This document shows, piece after piece, positions 1 through 10,935 of a stretch of 64,000 nucleotides of DNA (positions are counted from its first letter, which is position 1; each line of letters starts with the position of its first letter). Position numbers and translations under genes: made by a program. Below the pieces are notes generated by a model. It saw only the letters and a program-made list of their open reading frames with translations. It made no database searches and was not told the origin of the DNA. This stretch comes from Prorocentrum cordatum (taxonomy: Eukaryota): positions 3,410,001-3,474,000 of the forward strand of contig CAUYUJ010000001.1 in the NCBI GenBank assembly GCA_963575745.1, written 5' to 3'.

Positions 1-597
1 GACATCGATAACGATGTTTGCAAGGAGTCCTAGGCGGTTTGCACATTTTCGGGTCGTTCGAATCGGGCCCGATTTTTTTGGGGGCACAATCCATGTGGGA
101 TTTGGCCACTTTCAGGTGGGCCGGTAAACTTTTCGGGTCGTCGCATGACCGAACCCGAAAGCTTTTTGCGAGGAGGTCCTATGCCGTTTGCTCATTTTCG
201 GGTCAATACACTGTTTGGGGTTCATAATTTTAATTGGGAAGGTGAGCCCGATCCCGCGACCTCGGGCGGGGGTTCGGCTCTGCCCTTGCATTGTGCTGGG
301 CCCCTCCGGCCAAGCGGGGTGCTGGGCTGCCCATCGGCGCGCCGACTCTGCCCTCGCGACATCGTCCCCATCCGCCCTCGGGCCCCGCGAGTCTTATCCT
401 GCGCGCGCCACCCCAGATGGCCGCGGCGAGCACGGTGGCGAAATTGGGGGAACTTTCGGATCGGCGCAGTATCAGTGGGGCTGAACAGGGTGAACAATCA
501 CTGGACTAAAACACAGTCACACACACGCAAACACACGTCCTGAGCATCATCGGCCTGAAGACAAGCGGCACCTGCGAGACTTCGGGGCTCTGCTCGC

Positions 598-715
598 TTT
601 AGCCACAATGGCTTCGTAGGGCGAGAATATCCTTACATACACACCGCCCCGTATGAACCAATCGTGGGGCAAGATGAGCCAAACCAGGATCGGTATGTTG
701 GCCACTTGACGTCCC
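598..715 (-). CDS. Candidate short exon (third of three) of an unidentified host gene
   Basis: tgcag|G acceptor and aaa|gcgag donor. It continues the frame of exon 1152-1201 (TG|G = Trp) and reads GRQVANIPILVWLILPHDWFIRGGVYVRIFSPYEAIVAK. No homology recognised. Confidence 0.3.
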
Positions 716-844
716 CTGCAGCAGCGCCTGCAAGACTTTGGCCGCTTAGAAAGGGACAACAGAACAAATCCACGAATCTGTCCCGGGGCGAGTTCGAGGG
801 CCCCCGGAGGCCGAAAACGGCCAAAAACCCGCCGCTCCAATTTC

Positions 845-1042
845 TAACGCCTAATCCTGATCCTGAACCTAGCCGTAACACCGAATCCTAACACCTAACC
901 GTAACACCTAATCCCAACACCTACCCCTGACCCTAGCATAACCCTAACCCCTAACCCTACCCTAACCCTGTATCCGATCCCTAACCCTAACCCCTAAACC
1001 GTAACCCCTAGTCCTAACCCTACCCCGAACTCAAACCCTGAC

Positions 1043-1075
<33 letters not shown>

Positions 1076-1300
1076 TCTACCATAACCCTAACCCTTAACC
1101 CCGAATCCTCACCCTAACCCTAGCCCTAAACCCTACACACATCCGACGCGCCACGGCGTCAGAGTGGAGTGCTTAAGAAATGCGTTTGTGGATTTCTTCA
1201 CCTGTGCTAACCCGAACCCCAGCCTCTAACCCCTACCCCTACCCCTTAATCCTGACCCCGAACCAAAACCCGAACCCCTGACCCAAACCCTAACCCCTGA
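845..1300 (+). repeat. Degenerate interstitial telomere-like array (CCCTAA/CCCTAAA)
   Basis: Many ccctaa, ccctaaa, ccctga and cccgaa units, interrupted by a unique island at ~1140-1205. Confidence 0.85.
1152..1201 (-). CDS. Candidate short exon (second of three)
   Basis: 50-nt unique island inside the telomere-like array, bounded by cacag|G and TG|gcgcg. Reads VKKSTNAFLKHSTLTP. Confidence 0.3.
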
Positions 1301-1307
1301 CCCCGGC

Positions 1308-1376
1308 CGTACAGTGTTCACTACTCTGTCCGGGGCAGCAGATACCGATCCAGAATAAGCACAGATGGTGAATCGC
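1308..1376 (-). CDS. Candidate short exon (first of three)
   Basis: 69 nt bounded by cag|G and ACG|gc. Reads AIHHLCLFWIGICCPGQSSEHCT, in frame with the next candidate exon. Confidence 0.3.
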
Positions 1377-1404
1377 CTGACTCCCGAATGAACCCGCAGA
1401 CGCG

Positions 1405-1944
1405 GATAAACCGATAGCAGGGCTGAGATTGCAAGGTTGGGGCTGCGGAGTCAGGGTTCGGGCGCGGCTACGCACCGAATAAACCGATACATCGATAAGC
1501 CAGTAAACGCAATTGCGCGGACCGAGGCGTTTGGGAGCGGTTCTCAGGGCTGGGGCATGACTTCGCACCGAATAAACCGATACACCGACAAACGCGATCA
1601 AAACTGAAAACGGGGGCGAAGGACGGGTTTGGCGGTGGTGGCAGGGGCGTGGCTACGCACCAAACAAACCGATCAACCGATCAACCGATAAACGCCATTG
1701 CGCATGCCGAGATGTCAGGGCGGTGTCCTTAGGGCTGGAGCATCGCTACGCGTCGAATGCGCCGATAAGCCGATAAATCTGTAGACGCAGTCGGAATTGA
1801 AAGCCCAAGGGACGAGTTCATTGGTTTACCGGTTCGTGCGATTATCGACCGATCAACCGATATGAAAATATCGGTTTATCGATCCACGAACAGGTAAACC
1901 GATAAACCGATAAATGATTTCGGTTTATCGGTTTATCGGTTTAG
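1405..1944. repeat. AAACCGATA-motif repeat with inverted copies at the right end (foldback-like)
   Basis: Repeated (t)aaaccgata/caaccgat motifs; inverted tatcggttt copies at ~1870 and 1920-1944. Confidence 0.7.
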
Positions 1945-2030
1945 TGGTTTTTGTTTGTACTCCTGCGCCTGCAATGCATGCGTGTGTATGTGTATATATA
2001 TATATATGTGTATATAAATAAATTCATATG

Positions 2031-2872
2031 CAAGACTGCATTGGCGCTTCGCGCCATGCACCTTGGTCCTTGAAGTTTGGTATGCAGGCAAAATGGCAGG
2101 AAAACCAAGCCGATAATTTTGCGCCAACGCCCTGTTGCCTTCTTCGGCATAATGATGTTATTCGATTCCTCCATGTTTCTTTTTCCTCATTCTCGCCCTA
2201 CCTGCCTATTCTCCCCATCCTCCTCAGCTCTTTTTGCGGAGGCGCCTCATTGGTAAGCCTCTGGGACGCCTCACAAAAATTTGTCAGGCTTTCGTAAGGC
2301 CTTCTGGAAGCCTCCTGGGCGTCTTCTGGGGGCCTCTGGGGGCTTACTTCCTCGGGCCACCCTGCCTCCAACCGCGGTCTCCCTGAACGACCGGGTCACG
2401 ATTTGGAATGCTTCGGAGGGTGTCTTGGGGCTCTCTTAGGCCATCTTGGAACCTTGTTGTGCTATCTGGGGGATCTCTTGGACTGCCTGGAAGCCCTTTC
2501 GGATGGTTGTGGGGCGATTTTCGAGCCTCCCTAATGGCTTCGGACGCCCAAAAGACCGCCGTCATGGAGCGTCGGGAAGCCGAAACGACGAGTACCCCAA
2601 AATTCACCAAAAACCCATGGAACATCATAGAATTTTCCTTTTTTGGGGCCTTCTTGGGGGTGCTCTTGGGGGCCTCTTGGGACGTTTTGGAGCGATCTTG
2701 GGGGGTATGACGGCTTCTTTGGGGTCGTCGTGGACCGTCTTGGGGCTCTCTGGGGTCGTTTCGGGAGCGCGCCGGAACGCCTGGAGTCCTCTGGGGCCGT
2801 CTTCGGGCTCTCGTGGGGTTCTCCCGGGTCGTCTGGAGGGTTGCCCGAGAGGCCTGTGGTTGGCCAAATTCG

Positions 2873-2933
<61 letters not shown>

Positions 2934-2970
2934 GTGCGCCTTTTCCGGGGTCCCCGGCCCTATCAAAATA
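2031..2970 (-). mobile_element. Non-autonomous repeat family H, copy 1 (hairpin + microsatellite terminus)
   Basis: Homologous to 3084-4262, 53738-54200 and, inverted, 54990-55912. Terminal stem-loop tgcattggcgc-ttc-gcgccatgca lies next to a TA/TG microsatellite. Confidence 0.75.
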
Positions 2971-3083
2971 TATGACTCGACATTATATATGCAACTGTAC
3001 ATATACATATACAAATACATATACATATACATAAACATATACAAATACACATGCACATACAAATGCATATACATATACATATG

Positions 3084-4262
3084 CAAGACTGCATTGTCGC
3101 TTCGCACAGTGCACCTTGGTCCTTGAAGTTTGGTATGCCGGCGGAATGGCAGGAAGATCAAACCGTTGATTTAGCAATAACTCCTTGGTGCCTTTTCCTC
3201 CATCGCTGTTATAATAATGAGATTCGTTATTTATCCTCCATGTTTCCTTTTCCTCATTCTCGCCCTACCCTGCATATTCTCCCCATCGTCCTCAGCTCTT
3301 TTTGCGGAGGCTCCTCATTCATTCTTCCTTTCCACGGAGCCCAAGTCACCAAGATGACGACCGCATGTAAATGACAATAGTTGGGCCAGCGCCTGGACAG
3401 CCTCGTCCAAGGCAATGGCTTCATCGAGGAAGGACGAGTCTGGTTCGGACATAAGTGTACCCGCCATCAGCACACGAGTGGTTGTCTTAGAGTGGCCGCG
3501 ATCGTGCACGGCTTCGATGCACCAAGCTGCCGCGGAACACTGCCCCGCGCGCGTGCCACCATCGGAGAGCCTCTGGGGGCCTCTGGGGGCCTCACGGAAG
3601 TTTTTCAAGCTTTCTTAAGGCCTTGTGGAGGCCTCCTGGGCATCTTCTGGGGGCCTCTGGGGGCTTCCTCGGACCATCCTGTCTCCAACCACGGTTTCCC
3701 TGAACGACCGGGTCACGATTTGGAATGCTTCGGAGGGTGTCTTGGGGCTATCTTGGGCCGTCATGGGGCTCTCTGATGCCATCTTGGAACCCTGTTGTGC
3801 CGTCTTGTTGCTCTCTTGGACTGCCTGGAAGCCCTTTCGGATGGTTTCTGGTGCGATTTTCGAGCCTCCCAAGCGGCTTCGGACGCCCAGAAGACCGCCC
3901 GCCGTCATGGAGCGTCGGAAGCCGAAACGAAGAGAACCCTCAGATTCATCAAAAATAAACAGAACATCAATACATTTTGCCTCTTGGGTCCTTCTTGGGA
4001 CTGCTCTTGGGGGCCTCTTGGGACGTTTTGGAATGATCTTGGGGACTATGACGGCTTCTTTGGGGTCGTCGTGGACTGTCTTGGAGCTCTCTGGGGTTGT
4101 TTCGGGAGCGCGCCAGAACGCCTGGAGCCCTTTGGGGCCATCTTCGGGCTCTCGTGGGGTTCTCCCGGGTCGTCTGGAGGGTTGCCCGAGGGGCCCGGGG
4201 TGGGCCAAATGCGTTAGGGGGGGAGTGGGGGGCGTTTTTTTCCGGGGTCCCTGGCCCTATAT
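3084..4262 (-). mobile_element. Non-autonomous repeat family H, copy 2 (tandem with copy 1, with extra internal sequence at ~3320-3570)
   Basis: Same start (caagactgcatt...gcaccttggtccttgaagtttggtatgc) and same end (ttccggggtccc.ggccctat) as copy 1. Confidence 0.75.
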
Positions 4263-4505
4263 AAATATATGAATAAGAATATGAGAGAACCATGCGAGCG
4301 CTTCGCGCGCGCTGAGGCTCTAGCGCAGTCCAAATCAACTTGCCAGGCTGGTTGAAGATGGACAACATGCCACGTGGAGGACCCAAGCTAGCATATGGGG
4401 TGACACCCGAGAACTCCTACCAGCCTGGGGAAACAATACTGGGAGTCTTTGGATGCCTTTGGGAGGTCATCACCGGAGATGGTTCCGCTGGGCCGGAGGG
4501 GGAGC

Positions 4506-5236
4506 GGAAACCGGAACCGGAAACCGGAAACCGGAAAACGGAAACCGGAAAACGGAAAACGGAAAACAGCGAAGAAGAAAGCGGAGGCCGACGGCAGACG
4601 ACAAGAATCGGAAAACGGAAAAGGGAAAACGGAAAACGGAGAAGAAAGACGCGGGGGGTGACGGGAGAGCACCGGAACCGGAAAACGGAAAACGGAAAGC
4701 GGAAACCGGAACCAGAAAACGGAAACGGGAAACCGAAAAGGGGAAAACGGAAAACAGCGAAGAGGGAAGCGGAGGCCGACGGGAGACCACCGGAATCGGA
4801 AAACGGAAAACGGAAAAAAGGAAACGGCGCAGAAAGACGCGAGGGACCACGGGAAAACACCGGAACGGGAAAACGGGAAACGGAAAACGGAGACCGGAAC
4901 CGGAAACCGGAAAACGGAAAGCAGAAACCGGAAAACAGCGAAGAAGGAGCCGGGAGCCGACGGCAAACCACCGGAATCGGAAAACGGAAAACGGACAACG
5001 GAAAATGGCGTAGAAGGACGCGGGTGCCCACGGGAGAGCACCGAACCGGAAAACGGAAAACGGAAACCGGAAACCGGAAACCGGAACCGGAAAACGGAAA
5101 CCGGAAAACGCAAAGCGGAAAATGGAAAACGGAAAACGGAAACCGGAAACCGTAAAACGGAAACCGGAAAACGGAAAGCGGAAAACGGAAAACGGAAAAC
5201 GGAAACCGGAAAACGGAAACCGGAAAACGAAAATCG
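4506..5236 (+). repeat. CGGAAAA/CGGAAAC satellite with higher-order units
   Basis: Hundreds of nt of cggaaa(a/c) units, with recurring acagcgaag...ggccgacgg and gacgcg...caccgga blocks about 180-190 nt apart. Confidence 0.9.
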
Positions 5237-5519
5237 GAGAAGGAGGAGGAGGAGGAGGAAAAGGAGGAGGAGGAGGAGGAGAAAGAGGAAGAGGAGGAGG
5301 AGCCTCTCTTCCTCCTCTCTCCCTCTTGCCCCCCCCCCGCCCCTCCTCCCTCCCCGTTCCCTTTGCCAGGCTTCCTCCCTCCCTCCCTCCTGCCTCCCCC
5401 CTCGTTGATCCTGCCCTCACCTCCCTGTCTCCCTCCTCGTTTCCTCCTCCTCCTCCTCGTCCCTCTTCCCGAGCGGAGCCGGCGCGCGGGCTGGCCAGAC
5501 CGAAGGACAACGACGATCT

Positions 5520-6230
5520 GATTTCAAGAAGCCCCTAAAACGTTCCAAGACTGCTCCAAGAGGCTTCCGAGACCTCCAAAGAGGCCCCCAAGAAGCCAAA
5601 CTCCTTCAAACACCAAAAGAAAATGCATGATTTTTGCTTTCTCGCCTTTTCGCTTTTGATGGCCATCCGAAGCCTTAAGGTGCATCCAAAATGGCCCAGG
5701 AGAGCCCCAGGAGAGGCCCAAGAGAGCCCCAGGACGGCCCCAAGAGCGCCCCAAGAGCGATCCAAGAGAGGTCCAGGAGGCGATTGTCGGTGCTCCCAAG
5801 GGGGGAGGCAAATTGAAGCTCACCTTTTTGTGATCGATGTCCTCCAAGATGGCCCCAACAGCGCCCCTAAAGCTCCCAAGAGCGGCCCAGGAGGGCCCCA
5901 AGAGGCGCTCAGGCAGCCCGAAGATGCCTCCAAGAGGCTCCCGAGAGACCCTATACGAGGCCCCAAGAGGATCTCCGAGGTACCCAACTCTCCCTCCTTC
6001 TCCTCCTTCTCGTCCTCCTCGTCCTCGCCCTACTCCGCCTCCTCCTCCTCCTCCTCCTCCTCCTCGACGACGACGACGATTCCTCCTCCATCCTCCCCCT
6101 CCTGCGGTATATGACGGCGTCCCCCGCCCTTTGTCCTTCTGCATGCTCCCCCACTTCTCGTATCATCTCAACTCTCCTGGGCATCGTTTCTGGATGGGCT
6201 GGTGGGGATATGTGAAGCGTCAACAATAGC
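5520..6230 (+). mobile_element. Non-autonomous repeat family K, partial copy
   Basis: CCAAGA-rich body homologous to ~62630-63060, then a (CCT)n tract and the terminal module caactc.cctgggcatcgtttctggatgggctggtgggg. Confidence 0.65.
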
Positions 6231-6356
6231 AGCGCGTTCATCGATTACCGATGACAAATCCCACCAGTCCTCTGGGCGGAGGTGGTCTACGGCGTTTCCT
6301 CTGGTAGCTTTCCAGAAACCCCTCTCCCTACCCTCTCCCCTGGACCTCGCCGCACC

Positions 6357-6500
6357 CCCTGCAATATTCTGCAAAAGAGGGGTGCAAATATTCCGTGCTG
6401 ACCCTGCAACACCCTGCAATACCTTGGAAAACGACCCTGCAAACCAAACCCCTGCAGTACCATGCAATACCCTGCAAACCACCCTGAAATACCCTGCAAA
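6357..6500 (+). repeat. ACCCTGCAA minisatellite
   Basis: About 8 ccctgcaa-like units. Confidence 0.75.
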
Positions 6501-6682
6501 ACGACCGCGCGCCCTCTGGGTGGAGGAGGTCAGAAGCGGTTCCTCCGCACGCTTTCTAATCCCCGAGCCCGCTGGGCGTGAGTGGTCTAGCAAATTGCCT
6601 CTTCCAACTCCCCTGCTTCGCCTTCGGGGAGGGGCCTATCATTTTTTCTCATTAGAATGATACCGGAGAAAAGACCCAATCA

Positions 6683-6880
6683 GGGCTATAGGGCTAGGGG
6701 GCTATAGGGCTATTGAGCTATAGGTCTATAGAGCTATAGGGCTATAGAATTGTAGGGCTGTTAGGCTATTGGGCTATAGTGCTTAGGGCTATAGGGCTAT
6801 AGGGCACCCCCGGGCACGCCCGGGCACCCGGGCAGCCGGGCCCCCTGGCCCCCTCGGGCACCCCCAGGCACCCGGGCGTG
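6683..6880 (+). repeat. GGGCTATA array followed by CCCGGGCA array
   Basis: Directly visible tandem units. Confidence 0.8.
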
Positions 6881-7310
6881 CAGCGAAAATCGGCGACAAA
6901 CCTAACCTAACCATATGAATCCGCTATGACCCCTACAGAAGCAAGCTCTGATTGAGGAATGAACACCCCCTCCCTGGCCCGACTGGCAGCCAATCTGGAT
7001 CCATAACGACACCCATGGCAACACGCGACAGGTTGTTTCTGTGTCCAACTGGGGGTTTCTGTGTCCCCGTTGGGTGTTTCTGTGTCCCGCGCCGCCTGGG
7101 GGTCCCCAGGATGAGTGTTTCTATGTCCGCTATGATGCCGTTCTAATGCGTTTCGTATTGTGCGACGATACCCATCATCTCGTGGAAATCAAACCGTTGT
7201 CCAATAGGGGAAACTTTTGCGTCCAGGATTTTGTGGACGCGGGACACTTTGGAGTTTCTGTGTCCGCCACCTTGTGCTCTTGTGGCATCGTGTGTATGTC
7301 ATGCTTGTGG

Positions 7311-7685
<375 letters not shown>

Positions 7686-7690
7686 GTCCA

Positions 7691-7795
7691 AGTCCAAGAG
7701 GCTCTCTCGGGAAGTCCAAGAGGCTCTCTCGGGAAGTCCAAGAGGCGCGCTCGGGAAGTCCAAGAGGAGCGCTCGGGAAGTCCAAGAGGCGCGCT
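7691..7795 (+). repeat. 22-bp tandem repeat (agtccaagaggctctctcggga), about 5 copies
   Basis: Units start at 7691, 7713, 7735, 7757 and 7779. Confidence 0.92.
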
Positions 7796-8353
7796 GGGAC
7801 ACAGAAGCTCCCAACCCAGACCCACTCCAAGACACACATACACTGGGACACAGAAACACCCTATCTGGACACAGAAACACTCATCGAGGACACCGAAACC
7901 CCCATCTGGACACAGAAACACCTTTTGCCATGGCAACACCCCCACAACATCCCTGTCAAAAGCCATACAACATAAACTTTGCCTCTGGAGCCTGGAGCAT
8001 GCGCGGGCATCCCACGACCACTTAGCATGGGGTCTTGACAAGGACGGCGGCGGTGCCGGCACATTGTTCGCCGCGCGCACACCCGCACACAACAAACCCG
8101 CCGTCACTGTGTATGGTTTTTGACAGGGACGGTGGGAGGGTCGACATATTACCCAATGTGGCGCACCTGGTCCGCGTGGCGCAGCTGACATGTGCGGCCC
8201 ATCTCGCGGGCTTCGCGCGCCTGGCTGGCGTTTGCATTGGTTCCCGATAGCTGTCGATGGTGGCCCCTGTCCATGCTGAAACTCGGGTGCTTCTTATGTG
8301 TTGGGAGGGCGGGTGGGAACAAGCGAGACGGCTTGTTGCTTGTGGGTAACTTA

Positions 8354-8609
8354 ATCACTGTTCCCTATTAATAAACACCCCCTCCCCCAGGCGACTGGGG
8401 GCCAACCCGAGTCCATGCCGACGCCCCCCCCACCATCCCTGGTAAAAAACAATACAAAACACACTCTGCCTCCAAATTCGGAACATGCGCAGCCAACCCG
8501 ATGCGGCCCCCCCCACCATCCCTGTCAAAAAACGATACAGAGTACACTTGGCGGCGGCGGCGGCTGCGGCGGCTGCGGCGGCGGCGGCGGCGGCGGCTGC
8601 GGCGGCTGC

Positions 8610-8640
<31 letters not shown>

Positions 8641-8714
8641 GCGGCGGCGGCGGCTGGCGGCGGCGGCGGTGGCGGCAGCGGCTGCGGCTGCGGCGGCGGT
8701 TTGGCGGGGCGGGG

Positions 8715-8764
<50 letters not shown>

Positions 8765-8800
8765 GGCGGCGGCGGCGGCGGCGGCGGGCAGCGGCGCGGC
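8354..8800 (+). mobile_element. Dispersed repeat with (GGC)n tail, copy 1
   Basis: atcactgttccctattaataaacaccccctcccccaggcgactgg...acacttgg then (GGC)n. Second copy at 61792-62330. Confidence 0.8.
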
Positions 8801-8849
8801 TGCTCCCGGCCGTCTTGGAGTCCAGGGGCAAGCCGGTTGACGAGCTTCA

Positions 8850-9010
8850 GGAGGGAAAAAACACAGTCACAATGAATTGTCGATCCCCCAGAAAATATGG
8901 GAAAATATGGGAAGTGTGGGGGAAGACAAAAACCTAGAACATATATGAGAATATAGGGAATCTGTTTATTTGTGTGTATTGATTTGTGTGTCCTGGGGCC
9001 CCTTCAGAGC
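8850..9010 (+). repeat. Dispersed AT-rich repeat (inverted copy at 18115-18280)
   Basis: gaaaatatgggaaaatatgggaag...gtttatttgtgtgt...ggggcccttca matches the reverse complement of 18115-18280. Confidence 0.7.
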
Positions 9011-9403
9011 TGGTCGCCTGCGTGTGTGCTCCTGCGGCCGGGATCTGCCAGAGGTCGAGTGGTCGTCTCTGTGCTTCCCACCGTTTGGCGGGAGATCCAG
9101 CGCCGTCTCGCGTTCGGCAACGCCGATGTGCTGCCTGGCGCGGCGTGAACAGCCAAGCGCGAACGCCACCGGCACGAGCACTACCACTGCTACCACCAGC
9201 GCGGCCACCACTCCCACCGCCGCGACCACTACCAGCTCCGACACGACCACCACCACGGGCCCGACGACCATTAGTACGGCCACAACCACGACACGCCGCG
9301 ATTCCCATGACGGCCTCACCACGACCAGTGCGGCCGCGGTGCCCGACGCGACCATTGCCGCTCCCGGGCCCGACGAGCAGTCGCACGACCACCGCCGCGA
9401 CCA

Positions 9404-9900
9404 TTGGAGCCTTTTGTGGAGCTTCCTACGGGGCCATGAAACGCGTGAAGAGTGTATCGCCTTGGGTGCGGGGCCGCCATGCGAACGCAGCTCCTGGGGC
9501 CTCCGGTGGAGCCCCCTTTTGGGCCGCGAAGCGTGCGAGGGTCGTGCCGACGCGGGCGCGGTGCCGCCTGGCGAAAGCAGCCACTGGAGCCTTCAGTAGA
9601 GGCCCGCCTAGGGCCACGACGCTTCTGAGGGGTGTGCCGAAATGGGCGCGGTGCCACCGTGCGATCGCAGTGGGGCCACGAAACGTGTGAGGGGTGCGCC
9701 GACATGGAGGTGGAACTGCATGCGGATCCTGTCACTGGGGCCTTCGGTGGAGCACCCAATGTGGCCACGAAGCGCGTGAGGGGTGCGCCGAAATGGAGGT
9801 GGAACTGCATGCGGACCCTGCCCTGGGGCCTTTGGTGGAGCACCCAATGTGGCCACGGAGCGTGTGAGGGGTTCGCCGACATGTAGGTGGAACTGCCTGC
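9404..9900 (+). repeat. Degenerate tandem repeat of ~87-91 bp
   Basis: Recurring tggggccttcggtggagc...ggccacgaa.cg.gtgaggggtg.gccga at ~9404, 9495, 9584, 9736 and 9823. Confidence 0.8.
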
Positions 9901-10092
9901 ACGCATATAATGATGATGAGGACATGCGGAGTGCAGAGGCAAGAGATGGGAGGAGGAGGAGGAGGAGGAGGAGGAGGAGGAGGAGGAGGAGGAGGAGGAG
10001 GAGGAGGAGGAGGAGGGAGGAGGAGGAGGACGAGGAGGAGGAGGAGAAGGAGGAGGAGGACGAGGAGGAGGAGGAGGCGGAGGCGGATTTGG

Positions 10093-10935
10093 CCCCCAGT
10101 AGCTCCCCATCCCAAGACGACTGCTGAATATGCTGAGGCTCGGGCCAGACTCGGGTGCTACGTATGTGTTGGGAGGGCGGGTGGGATTGAGCGAGACGGC
10201 CTGCGGGCGGGGAGGGGGTAACTTAACCCCTCCCCCCACCCCCTCCCCTGGACCTGGAATGGAGGTGCCGCGACCGATTTGAGCGTCCAAGAAGGCCTCG
10301 GCGAGATTCTACAAATCACTGATTCTCCTGAGGTGTTGGGGGGTGGGGGGGGGGAGAGGCTAAGAAGGACCCCCCTTCTTTGATCGAGCTCTTCCAAGAT
10401 GGCCCAAAGATGGTCTCCAAGGCTTCCAAGAGTGCCCCAGGAGGGCCCCAAGAGGCGCCCAAGCGGCCCCAAAAGGCCACAAAAAAAGGTCCCCAGGAAG
10501 CTCCCAAGAACCCCCCAAGAGGCCTGGGGTGCCAAGACGCTGCAAGAGGGTCCTGGGACCGCCAGGGCACCCCCAAGACGTCCAAGCAGGACTCCAAGAA
10601 GCTCTCGAGAGACATACGAAGAGATTCCGAGAGGCATGCAGGAGGCCTCTGGCCCTTCAGCTCACCTCCTCCTCCTCTTCCTCCTCCTCCTTCTCCTATT
10701 CCTCATCCGCCTATTCCTCATCCCTCCTCCCTCCGCCCCCCCCCCTCTCCCTCTCCCTCATCCTTCTCCTCCTCCTCCTCCTCCTCCTCCTCCTCCTCTG
10801 TCCTCCCCCTCTCGTTGTACGACGGTTTCCCCAATCACTTATTCCACTGCGTGCTCCTCCGTGTCCGGGGTCAGGGCAACTCGCCTGGACATCGTTTCTG
10901 CGTGAGCTCGTGGAGTTACGCGGAGCGCCTAGACT
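10093..10935 (+). mobile_element. Non-autonomous repeat family K, apparently full copy
   Basis: Head ccccagtagc...gactgctgaatatgctga...gtgttgggagggcgggtggga shared with 62332; CCAAGA body; (CCT)n tract; terminal module ending in the hairpin cgcggagcg. Confidence 0.7.

Noticed and set aside
845..1300. True chromosome telomere
   Set aside because: The array is degenerate, interrupted and flanked by complex sequence on both sides.
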